Assembly (NCBI GenBank): GCA_965112155.1 | Contig: OZ218113.1 | Source of the DNA: Podarcis liolepis | Lineage: Eukaryota | Length of the DNA: 64,000 nt | Direction: 5' to 3' (one strand) | Shown: positions 51,304 through 62,500 of the stretch, piece after piece | Numbering within the stretch: the first letter of the stretch is position 1 | How the letters are laid out: each line of letters opens with the position of its first letter | Program-made: the position numbers and the translations under genes | The notes under the pieces: generated by a model | The model's database searches: none | The model's input: only the letters and a program-made list of their open reading frames with translations | Told to the model about the DNA's origin: nothing

Positions 51304-51957
51304 GTATGACACACCCCCTAAGATCCCTGTGCTGCTTAGAGCAAAGACTGGTTATCCTAGTTACTCCACTTCCTCCGTTAAGTGAATACAAGCATGAAAT
51401 TGGGTGATCTGCTTCAGTAATATTGACTAGGAAATAGCTGACACAGCTTGACAAAGCATGAAAAACCTATGCTTTTTATAGTATGCTATAGCTGTACAGT
51501 ATCTGCCAGCAGTGATTTCACCAGCTGGAGTGCTAGGAAGGGTCTTAAAAGTGCCTGTAAAAACTTAAGCTACCAGGATGGATCCATCCAATATTCTATG
51601 CCTAGAGTGGGGAGGTCCTCATGCAGCATTGATCCCACCTCTCTCTGCCAGCCACCGAGCAAGGGCATCTTAAGAGGCGGGTGGGGATAAAGATGTCAAG
51701 GGATGCAGCCTACTGTTCAGCTGACAAGTGTGGAATAAATCCCACGTGCCTATCTATTGCTCAGAAAACCCCAATCCCATTCCTGAGACTGTTTGGGAAA
51801 TGCTGACATAAGTATTAGTGCCAGAGAAACTTTAACTTATGATAAATGCCTTGTAACTAAAACTGAAAGGCTCAGCCTGAGAATTAACATTGCTTCTATT
51901 TAGCAGGTAAGCAAGATGTGTTCTCCTTCTCCATCTCATGATTTCCTTCCTTTGCAG

Positions 51958-52093
51958 GAGAGGGAGATGATTCTCCCATCATCAGCCTCACAGTTCCCTC
52001 CACTTCTCCCCCTTCTTCCTCTGGGCTTTCCAGAGACGTCACTGCCACCCCTCCATCATCTCCCTCTATGACTAGTGGACTGGCTGTCATGGG
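51958..52093 (+). CDS. PACS1: PACS1 exon 21 (136 nt; (G)[44 protein letters not shown])
   Basis: ttgcag| and |gtaagt. Confidence 0.94.
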
Positions 52094-52571
52094 GTAAGTC
52101 TCTGGGTATGAAGACACTTTGTGTGGGTGGTGGTTGTGCTATTTCTCCTTATCATGTTGGGAACCCTGGACACATTTGCTGGGAAAATAAATTATGAAAG
52201 ATCCTAAGAGCAAAGTAAATGCCACAGATGGTGTACACACCACTGTCTCTTTACTGTGATCATATATTAAAAAACTATTCTAGTCAGTCTCCTGAAGTAT
52301 CAGGGCATCAGAGCTTAATCCCCTGTTCACTCTTATCTCCAGAGTGAATTCAGTAGCCAAGATTTATGCCTGGCTATCATCAGTCACCACATAATTATCT
52401 CCATTGGCAGCCTGCCAACAAAAGACATTCAATCCACCATGTTCTTCCCCCGAAAGTCCCCTTTTCAAATATCTGTGTTGTCAATGCAAATATGTCAGTT
52501 AGCAATAGCTTTTTCAACAATGCAAAACTTGCTCAAGTTTCTTTCCACTTTTTCCTGTCACTTGATCACAG

Positions 52572-52798
52572 GTCCCCCAATAGCCCTTATGGCGATGTCA
52601 TTGGGCTGCAGGTGGATTATTGGCTAGTTCAGGCCACGGAAAAAAAGAAGGAAGGGGAGAAGAAGGACGCCAGCTCCAAAAATACACTCAAGAGTGTCTT
52701 CCGCTCGGTGCAGGTGTCACGGCTTCCAAACAGTGGGGAAACCCAGTTGTCTGGGACCATGGCCATGACTGTTGTCACCAAAGAGAAGAATAAGAAAG
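52572..52798 (+). CDS. PACS1: PACS1 exon 22 (227 nt; (G)[17 protein letters not shown]...[10 protein letters not shown])
   Basis: tcacag| and |gtgagt; inside ORF 52366..52992. Confidence 0.96.
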
Positions 52799-53015
52799 GT
52801 GAGTTATGGAGAGTGGCACTTCCTCTTTACTGGGGGTGCTCCTTCCTGGAGGGCAAATTGCCAGCAGGCCTTTGCATGATAGCCCTGCCCCTTGAACCAT
52901 TTAGCACTGCTGAAGACTTACCCTGCAAGTCTTGCCATAAGTGTGCCAACTCTTCTACTTCGTGTTTTAAGAGAGAGACTCGTTTTCACTAATTGGGGGT
53001 CCTTGTGCTTTCTAG

Positions 53016-53135
53016 TTCCCACAATTTTTCTGAGCAAGAAACCCAAAGAGAGAGAAGTAGATTCCAAGAGCCAAATGATTGATGGAATCAGCCGGCTGAT
53101 CTGCTCTGCAAAACAGCAGCAAACTATGCTGAAAG
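53016..53135 (+). CDS. PACS1: PACS1 exon 23 (120 nt; (V)[39 protein letters not shown])
   Basis: ttctag| and |gtaatg. Confidence 0.96.
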
Positions 53136-53364
53136 GTAATGCTTGCCCTTGGGATCAGGGATGCCTGATGGTACTGAAGGTGACTGGGAAGGATTTCAAA
53201 ATGGTGAGGGACCTGATAAACTAGAAGGGATTTCATTATATTATTTCTTTATAATAATTTATAGTGGGGTAGGGAATTGGATCCAACCAGAGAGCCAGAT
53301 CCAGAAGTGACCAACTCTTCATTTCTCAGCACAGCTGTTCTGTTGGGGAACAGAACAGAGTTCA

Positions 53365-53525
53365 GTGGATTTAAGAGGTCCCAGATTCAATAACTGGAAC
53401 CAAGCAGTAGGGGATGGGAAAGGTCCCTGCCCCTAACATCCTGGAAAGCCACTGCTAGACAGTTTATCCTGAGTTCAATGTACCAATGAAGAATACTTGG
53501 TATAAGACACCTTCCTATGTTCATA
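53365..53525 (+). mobile_element. Old tRNA-derived SINE abutting the exon 24 acceptor
   Basis: aggtcccagattcaa ... cctggaaagccactgc ... gtataagacaccttcctatgttc. Confidence 0.65.
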
Positions 53526-53526
53526 G

Positions 53527-53661
<135 letters not shown>

Positions 53662-56600
53662 TGATGACAACACGGTGGTCCCTCCTGTGTCCTCATCACT
53701 CTGCTGCAATGCGGCATCACCTCTGTCCAAACCATCAGCCAAATCAGAGCTGTCCTGTGGTAACTTCACCCATGTTGCATTACTGTGTGTTGATCTGGTC
53801 TCGCCAGGGAGGGACCAGCCTCTGGTGCCAAGAGAGATGCTACATTTTTGTCTCCAGCCAAGGAGCCGCCCGCCAATTGCTTTCTCATATTTTTCTGCCA
53901 CATCGTGTCGTGGGTGTCCAGCCTCCATCTGTGCTGAGTGCATTGCATTTTGGGAACGAATCCCAAAATATATGGATTCTCCTGGTTTCCCATCACTCCT
54001 GGCGCACACTCCTTCTCTGAGCTGGCATGCCTGTGTCTTCCTGAAGAATGTGTTTGAGAACTTGTGGTCCACAAAACTTCGCCTTTAACAATATTGTTCT
54101 TTTTTACATTTTAGCTTTTGCTGAGCCAACCGAGAGCTTTACTGAGCACCCACTCTCAAAGTTCTCCTTTTCAACCTCAGCCTTTCCAAAAGCACAAAGC
54201 TTGCAAAGCCCACATTGGGTGTTGTGTTAGCAACCAAACTCAACCCCATCTGGCTCTTGCCATTAGTAGGCAAGGCCCTTTCTCCTGCCGCCAACCCACC
54301 CTGTGTCACATTGCTAGGTCAAACGTGCCAGGATGGTGGAAGGAGCCTCAGCAATCTTGCGCGGTTGCCGTTCCTTGCAAAGATGAGGAGCAGAAAAGTC
54401 AGTTGTAGGGAGCTAGAAGCAGACACTTTTCTTGACCAGGCACACCCACTGCTCTCCCATGGCTGTGTCCCTTCACTCTTTCATGTTTGTACTGCTCTTT
54501 TCTTACACTTCCCCTCATCTCACCTTCAAAGTGTTTTTTAAAAGAACTTAGGTCACCTAAGATACATCTCCATTTCTTTGTAAGACTCCACTTGCTAGTG
54601 TGGCATCACAGTGCAGTGAGAGGTGGGGAAGGTTGTCCACCATACTGAAGAGTTGGATAACTTCATTAGAAAGCTTGTCCTGAAACTCACCCTGTTCATC
54701 TGTGTTTGGCAACAGTTCTGAGAGGTGTGTACTCCCAGCCACATGCCACAGTCAAGAGGAGAGGCTACACCTTGTTCCTCTGCCCTCTTTCTGGGTCCTG
54801 AGCCTGCCTTGTGGTGTGATGCATCTCAGCACAAGGAGATACTTTGGGGGGACCTGCTCAGCCATCTGTGCAGTCTGCTTGCCACAGCCATTTCTAAGGT
54901 TGGGATCCCAGCAACATTCCTTCCCCTTTGGCATTTCAGTTTTGGGGGTTTTTATTTGAAGTAGCCCCATGTTGCAGAGCCTCTGGGAACTCTATGTGCC
55001 ATACCAGAAGTAGCAGACTTTGCCAAGCATTCCTCTTCTGAGCGCTCGCCTTGGCAGGCAAGAGATCAGCCTTTGCCTTGAGTCTTGAAGGGAGCAAGTT
55101 GAATAGCTGCAGGGGTTGGATCCATGGCTGAGACCAGAGGTTCCTTGACAGTGATGCAAAATAGCTTTACCAACGGCAACATAGTGATGCTTAAGGAAGA
55201 CTGGAGAAAAGGCTACTTTTGTGTAGTAAGCCTGCACTTCATAGGGCAGTTTTTGTGTGCTTGATATGCACTTCTGTCCCTCAAAGACCTTCCCTCCTTC
55301 CTTCTCCAAGCATTGGCACTCCTGTTTTGTTTTCTGTTTTTTTGCTAAGGTAGTAAAACATGAAAACAAACAGGGGCCCCTGAAGCTGGTATTGCAGGGG
55401 ACAAATGGGAGCCACCTTGCCTCCTCTCCTAGAGCACTTTGTCAGCAGCTCTGAGGTGCTTCCAGGGAGCTGTGCTGCTTTTTATCTGTTCCTGACCAGC
55501 AATAAATCAAACCACCCCTACTGTGGGGTTTGGCAACACATCATCAGCCCACTTTATTGGCTGTTCGAAACGGCTTTGGGGCCATCATAATGCTTAAGCA
55601 CTTAACTGCTCATAGCATACAGTGTGGCTCTGTCAAACAGTGGAGCGTACAATCCACATTCAGTCTTTTAGATGGTTTTTAGATTTTTGAATCCACATAT
55701 ATTTTCAGAAGCCCCAAAATTCAGCTTAAAGTAACTGTGTGTGTAAGCAGAGTGAAATTTTGTCTAGCTGGAAGTGGTGATTCTGGTTTCTAGGCTATTA
55801 CAGTGGAAGGGGAAATGTGGAGGTGGCAGGGAGAGAGCTGGCTTTATAAATAACTCTTGAGCAATCTGCTCTGCTTCCCAGATTGAAAGAGGAGGACCCA
55901 GGCAAGCTGTTTGCCTTCAAAAAGTTTCTCCCCAAGGCCAGTTCTTTTAGGCTTGTCCTTGAGCCACTGCAGCTGTTTCTTGAGAGAGAGATCCCAAGAA
56001 GAATGACCATAAGTACCAGCAGCTTCGTTCACCTCATGCCCCTGGGTGGGGTGTCCCCTCCGAGGCTTAACTGGCAGTGATCCCCTGGATTGGATTGCAT
56101 CCCCCTCGTTGTGGATTCTCGGTGGCAGATAAAAAAACCTGTACACTTTCCCCCATTTCCTTCTCTTGGCTCCTGCTGCTGTGGCTATGTTACAAATGTG
56201 GCTTTTGTACTACTCTGTCCCAAGCAATGCTCTCAGAGCCACAAAGTGAACTTGATCTTGTGCGTCTGTCCTAAACACTGCAGCCCCCTGCCTCAAGGAG
56301 GAGATGTCACAGATATCTTGGCATGCTACATATTTCCTTTTGAGTCAGATCTCTCTTTGTGTCCTCCCCACTCATTGAATACTGAATAAACTCCTTGGCT
56401 CAAATGTGAGAAAGGAGGTTTATAGCGATATGTCACTTACCCCATGGGCTTTGAGGGCAGGTGCTGCTTCCTCTGCATGAAAGGGAGAGAGGTGCCACCC
56501 AGAACATGGGGTATTTAAATAAGCACAACTCTGAACATTTTCTTCCTACTTGCTCTGTAGAAATGCTTCCTGTCTCATTTTCATATTCATTTGCCTTCCT

Positions 56601-57739
56601 CCATAAGCAAATGTCACTTCCAGTCCAGTTGCTTCAGGTCGAGGGTCTGAGAGAGCCTGCAAAAGGCAACCCATTTCCAAGCTGGGAGAAGCAAGGGAGC
56701 AGTTTGGCTCCAAGTAGCCAACGTCCAGGATTCTTTGACACTTTGCCATGGAAACATCCACCCTAATGGGCTTCCATTTTAAGATCCCGTTTTTTTAGGT
56801 TCGGCCTGTGAAACTTACGACCTTCCCTAAACTGAGTGGGGTCCACCAGCAGCACATGGTAGCCCACCAGGAGCTCAGTAAGCTTGCTATTGTTGTTCAA
56901 AACTTTAAAAATGGAGAGATTGTTGAGCACCTGGCAGGCTACAGTCAGTGGTGGTGGTGGGCAGGGTAACAAGCTGTGCATGTCAAGAACAGGGTGGAAC
57001 TTACGAGTGGATGGGATTCATTCAGCAGCCAATCAACTCTGCCTTCACTATGGTTTAATTTTCATGACCTCCTCTTGGTTGCCTTTGGCCAATCGGAAAT
57101 GGATGTGGGAGAAGGGCAAGTAGTGACAGAAGTCTGTGTCTGTAGCTGCATCCTGGGCTTCTGTAGAAGTGCACACTAGTGCCCCCGCCCACTCCACAAG
57201 TCAGATTGGTGCAGTGAGGACACCGTATGTGCCCATCTGTCAGTCAAACCAGCACAGGACCGCCTCACACGTGTTGCATTATTCTTTGTGGCCTGGCTGT
57301 TCAGATTCATGCTTTGCAAAGGCGCGCACACACTCTTGCTCTCGCAGCTGTGGTCTGGGACAGAGAGGGCTTGTTAGAATTTGTGAAACCACTTGCAGGA
57401 CTAGGGGCAGACAGCTGGCTTGGTCCCCCCCCCCCTTTTTCCCTTTATGGTCTCCTGTGTTTAACCTTCCTTCACCCATAATGCACAAGGGAGTGGAAGG
57501 GAAGTTCATTCCAAGAAGCAGCTGTCCAGATAGCTCTGGAAACCAAGTCCTGCAGCTGCTTGCTTTGGAATGGGTGTGCATGCAGCATCCTCCCAGTGCA
57601 AAATGTTGGCACTGTAGGAAGGATCCTGACACACTATCCAGTCCCTTGGCTTACCATCTCCCCTTCTTAAGTGGGTGGCCCTTTCTCTTCCCTGAGGAAT
57701 GCAGGTTCAGGAGGCTAAGCTGAATGGATGTGCCTCCGA

Positions 57740-57761
57740 GGATGGATGGATGGATGGATGG
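57740..57761. repeat. (GGAT)n microsatellite in the 3' UTR
   Basis: Directly visible. Confidence 0.9.
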
Positions 57762-58487
57762 GCAGGAGTCGCTCCCACATTAAGCACTTTGTCCTTTGTG
57801 CCTAGCGAAAGGTGAAAGTCACAGACTCCTAACATGGAAGGAAAATCACCCTGCCTCAGGGACATGCAGATGGGCTAGCAACTCCAAGAACCACACACAT
57901 CATATTCATTCCCTGAGCATCATTTCACTTGGTTCCTCCTTGCCCCAGTACCCACCTACCGCTCCTGAGCCAGCCCCCACGAAAGAGCCTACCAAAGAGT
58001 ACACTCTTCCCCAGGGAATGACAGTCCCAGGAAAGAGCCACGGTGGGGAGGCACTCTGCTCCAGGGAGCTCTCCAAGGTCTCTGTTCATTGCTTCCGTAC
58101 AGCCTTGCCTCAGGCCTAATTTCTCATGTCTCGACTGTTACAGTAAGTGTGTCCATCTGAGGACCATTGTGTTTCCTGTTTTTGCTGTGTGGATTTTGCA
58201 CATTCTGGAACTTTTGTCTATAAATTCAGATTATCTGGATTTTTGTGTCTGTTATGTAACCCAGCCACTGTACATAAATATGAGTTTTGTATATAATCTC
58301 ATTTTATTCTCCTTTCTTTTTGTAAGTGTGTTGATTCTCTTGGTTTGTACTGCAGGCTCCAAATGATCCACATTAAGAATCTCTGCTTGTTAAAATTTTG
58401 GAGCCTTGTTGGTATTTGATGCATTCTATCCTTGGCGGGTGGGGTCTGTTGTCTCCCCACTCCCACTCACTATTTTTGGAGTTTTTC

Positions 58488-58497
58488 ATTAAATAAA
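58488..58497 (+). terminator. Likely distal polyadenylation signal (overlapping ATTAAA and AATAAA)
   Basis: cattaaataaattgtgtttttt with upstream TGTA elements; proximal AATAAA also at 55501 and 56385. Confidence 0.65.
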
Positions 58498-58891
58498 TTG
58501 TGTTTTTTAAAATAATACTTTAAAATCTCAAGCTTGATCACTTTATGCTTTAGTTTCTCCTCAAAGCTCCTTGGATATGGTCCACATGAGAAAAACAAAG
58601 GGGCAATACGAGAGAACCAGCCACTAAGACTTCACTTTTCCAAAATCTAAAAGCAGAGAACTGGGGCGGGAGGCCTTATAGTTGGAATGGAGAAACTGCA
58701 TTTCAACTTGCTATGTTTTGCTTTTCTTTGCTTTAAGGAAATGCACAAAGAATGTGAATACTTTGCAACTGGCACAACAGTCCTCTCGGGGAAAACAAAA
58801 GCTTATAAATCACAGAAGCAAAAATATTCCAACACTTTGGCCATGGGTAACAGCAGTGTAGAATTTAAAGCTCTCCTATACCTTATACCAG

Positions 58892-59241
58892 GGGATGCGG
58901 GTGGCGCTGTGGGTTAAACCACAGAGCCTAGGACTTGCCAATCAGAAGGTCAGCAGTTCAAATCCCTGTGATGGGGTGAGCTCCCGTTGCTCGGTCCCTG
59001 CTCCTGCCAACCTAGCAGTTCGAAAGCACGTCAAAGTGCAAGTACATAAATAGGTACTGCTCCGGCGGGAAGGTAAACGGCGTTTCCATGCGCTGCTCTG
59101 GTTCGCCAGAAGCGGCTTAGTCATGCTGGCCACATGACCCGGAAGCTGTACGCTGGCTCCTTCTGCCAGTAAAATGAGATGATCGCTGCAACCCCAGAGT
59201 CGGCCACGACTGGACCTAATGGTCAGGGGTCCCTTTACCTT
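58892..59241 (+). mobile_element. Full-length Sauria SINE with 13-bp TSD
   Basis: gggatgcgggtggcgctgtgggttaaacc ... ccctttaccttt; TSD taccttataccag at 58879-58891 and 59242-59254. Confidence 0.93.
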
Positions 59242-59251
59242 TACCTTATAC

Positions 59252-59752
59252 CAGAGCTTCCCAACCTTTTTGAGTCCACTGCTCCCTTGACAAACTACAT
59301 TTTTCTGCAGCACCCCTGTGGGGCTTAGGAGCCCAATTATGTCACCCTAGCCTGCAGAGCTGGCAGTCTCTCACCCTTTTTCAAATACCCTCCCTTGTGG
59401 AGTGTTCCCTCAGCCTCCTCTCCTCTCCCCTCTCCTTGGGAGTCCTCTGGGCAGTTACAGCTCCTGCCCCGGTCTCTGAGCTTTCCCCCAACCACACCCC
59501 AAAGGGAGGTGCCTCCTCCCACTGTCCCACAAGGGTCTGGGTAGCACCCCCTGGCCAGCCCCAGAGGCACCATTTGCCTGTGGAGCTTGTAGCCAGGGCT
59601 GTTGCACCAAACAGCTGTGCGAGCCTCTGGGAGGCAGAGATGCAAGAGGGCATCAGAGGAGGGAAGGGACAGAGGCCAGTGTTGCCCATGGCACCCCTGA
59701 CCATCATTCAAGGCACCCTAGGGCACCATGGCACTCGGGTTGAAAACCACAG
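59252..59752. mobile_element. hAT (Charlie-like) non-autonomous element
   Basis: cagagcttcccaacc ... ggttgaaaaccacag; 8-bp TSD ccttatac/ctttatac. Confidence 0.82.
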
Positions 59753-60982
59753 CTTTATACAACAGGCGTTTGCCTGCACTGGTGCCAGTCTAGAAAGAAT
59801 TGGGAACCCGCACAGGAGGAAAAGTTCCCCTTTGCTGTAGAACCTCAGCCCAGATGAGCAGAGCTCATCATGATTGTATGCTTCCGCAAGAAACAAATGT
59901 TCCTTCAGCTGCTTCTTAACTAGTTTTCATGACACGTCAGTCAAAAACTATCCTTATCTTTAATATGGTCAGGAAGCCATAAACATGGCCATAAAGCAAT
60001 CTAGATAAATACATAAAAGATATGCAATATTAAACCACGTTGCTAGGTCCATTATCTAAATGAATTTTATATTGTTTTTATTGCTGGTTTGTTTGCCATT
60101 CTGGGCTCCTTTGGAAGAAGTGTTAGGATATGAACTTAGCAGCAGCAGTAATGCATGTTATAAAACTCACGTTGGGTTAGCTAACAAGGCACACAAATAA
60201 AACTACTGTAGGAAAGAGTGTACAGTGCTAGATAATTCCTTTAGCAACATACACATACGTTATCCTGACACTCCTCCTCACACCCATGAAAGAATGGGAT
60301 TGCCTTTTTGAAAATTGCAGGTGCCCTATGGGGTTTCTGGGATAATTATTTCAGTACAAAGACTTAAAACACTTGCCTACTAAAATACCTTTTCAGATTA
60401 TAAGAAAGTTTTCTAATCAAGTAACAAACTGGTCCTGCTGTGTAGATATTAGGAGCTTCTTTTGAAGAGAAAATTTATTTAAACTTCCCACATAATAAGC
60501 ATAGGAGGAGAGGAACTTGCAGTATAATCCCACAAACGTTTATGCAAGCAGCAAACCTCTCAGAGTTCAACGAAACTGATTCTCTTGTTAGTGTGTTTGG
60601 CATTATTGTCTTTGGTATCTCTAAAAAGAGAAATCCCATCCTGGGGGGCTACCACTGAACAAATAAAAAATGGGGGGGGGGGCAACAGCAGTAGGCAGCT
60701 AAAAGAAATGGAGGAAAAGCACTAAGTTCTTACCTACTTTAAGTGCAGGCTCACCCACAAACATACTAAATATTGCCACCACAATTCTCTCTCCCCTCCT
60801 GCTTCTCCCACCTTATTCTGTATAATGTCTCACATCAAATGTAAAAAAGACTTTACGGTTTGGGAAAAGAAAAAAAGACTGCACATTTTTTGTGAACCAA
60901 GAAGATATTTAAATTGGATGGTTGCTGTACTCATTCAGGTATACATTGAGGGAGTGAAGACAGGGGGAAACTGGTACATGGA

Positions 60983-61280
60983 AGCTAGTGTGGTGTCGTG
61001 GTTAAAGCACTGGGCTAGGACCAGGGGGTGCCCAGGTTTAAAACCCCACTAACCTTTCATGTAATTCACTGTGTGACCTTGGGCCAGCCACTTCTCTCAG
61101 CATACGTGGCCGCATTCACACTATACACGTAAAGCACTATGGTGCCACTTTAAGCAGCCATGGGTTCCCTCAAGCATTTCTGGGAGCTGTAGTTTAAGGG
61201 TGCTGAAAGTTGTTAGGAGACCTTATTCCCCTCCCAGAATGACACTTTTCAGAGTGGCTTAACAATCACTTGATCTTCAT
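60983..61280 (+). mobile_element. tRNA-SINE 5' fragment followed by a lizard DNA-transposon-like repeat
   Basis: gtgtggtgtcgtggttaa ... gtgaccttgggccagcc; then ggccgcattcacac ... ctgggagctgtagttt. Confidence 0.6.
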
Positions 61281-61319
61281 AGGGAAAACTTAACCAAAAT
61301 CAATTGTAACTAAATCACC

Positions 61320-62500
61320 CGACCTACGGAATCGGTCCTTCTGCGCTAGGATCATGCAATCCCCCCCCCTCCCGCCCGCCTTCTAAGAAACAAATTCCTA
61401 AGCAGGGGGGTTAACCGGACGCCAGAGTAAGAGTCCTCCCCTCAACGCAGCCAAAGGGAAGAAAAGGCTACTTTCCCCCTAAAAAAGAGATTTGGGAGGA
61501 GACCTTTTTGCACGCGATCTATGGAGGAGGAGGCGATCTATGCACCGCACTATAAACCGCATCGCACACGAAGATTTGTTTCGGAGCAAAGTTGCCTAGG
61601 ATAGGATCGCCCTGCGGCCGGGTTGGCTCACCGTTTTAAGAATTAATTTGCGAATTGTGTTCTGTTTGCGTTTTGTTGTTGTTGCTCCAGAGAACTCCTG
61701 ACATGAGGCGATAACCATAAAATGTAGCGAATAAATAAAACGAGAGCCCCCCCGCCCCGGGACTTTTCTTCGTAAACACGCACCGTTTCCCGCTCATTTA
61801 ACAAAGTGTGTGGGGGGGGGATCACCCCTCCAGGTGGAGGGGCCCGTTGCCCCACCCGGCAGCCTTTACTGACATATAAAAACACGTGCCGGGACTTACT
61901 TATTAAAGATACAAAAGGGAAAGCACCAAGTAAACCGGTAACAACTTCGGAAAGAGAACCCAAGGCATCCTTCCCATCCCCTTTAAGGCGGGAAGGCAGG
62001 ACCGGCTGCGGCGCTCCTCCTGTTTTGTCCTCCGGCACTATTTTCCCGGCCGGCCAGGTTGCCCCCTCCCCTTTAAGGCGGTTGTTTTGGGGCGGGGCCG
62101 CGCGGCTGCCGGTGCCGCAGTGCCTGCCGGGAAGGATGTGAGGCCGCCGGTGGCTGGAGAAAGAGCAGAAGCGGCGGCGGCGGCGGCGAGGACGAGGGAG
62201 GCGCGCGCAGGTGCGTTGCGTCGTGTCGTGTCGGCGGTGGTGCTGAGGCGGTGGGCGGTGGGCCTCCTCGGTCGGCAGAGCCCCCCCTATATGGCGGAAA
62301 CGAGGGGGTGGGTGTTCGCGCCGAGAGTAAGTGAGGGGAGGGGGGTCAGGTAAGGAAGGAGTCGTCCTCCCCCCCCCAAGTAAAATCCCCCTATAGGATG
62401 AAAATGAGGGGTGGGTGGGTGGTCGTTCGTCGAGTCGTCTTGTGCCCCCCCCCAAGCAAAAAGCTACCCGAGTGGCTGGTTGGTTGGGCAGGGAATCTCC
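61320..62500 (+). promoter_or_regulatory. CpG-island promoter of the downstream gene (KLC2 expected from human PACS1-KLC2 synteny)
   Basis: Sharp rise in CpG/GC content; GC box GGGGCGGGGC 62089-62098; E-box CACGTG 61883-61888; (GCG)6 at 62171-62188; G-skew downstream. Confidence 0.85.
62105..62210 (+). other. Probable non-coding first exon of the downstream gene (start approximate)
   Basis: GC-rich leader after the GC box ending in CAG|GTGCGT; further donors at 62327 (GTAAGT) and 62350 (GTAAGG). Confidence 0.55.

Larger units (their letters stand above)
53662..58520 (+). other. PACS1: PACS1 3' UTR (~4.85 kb, end approximate)
   Basis: No recognisable TE from the stop codon to the ATTAAA/AATAAA cluster at 58488-58497; U-rich distal part with TGTA motifs. 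Confidence 0.65.
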
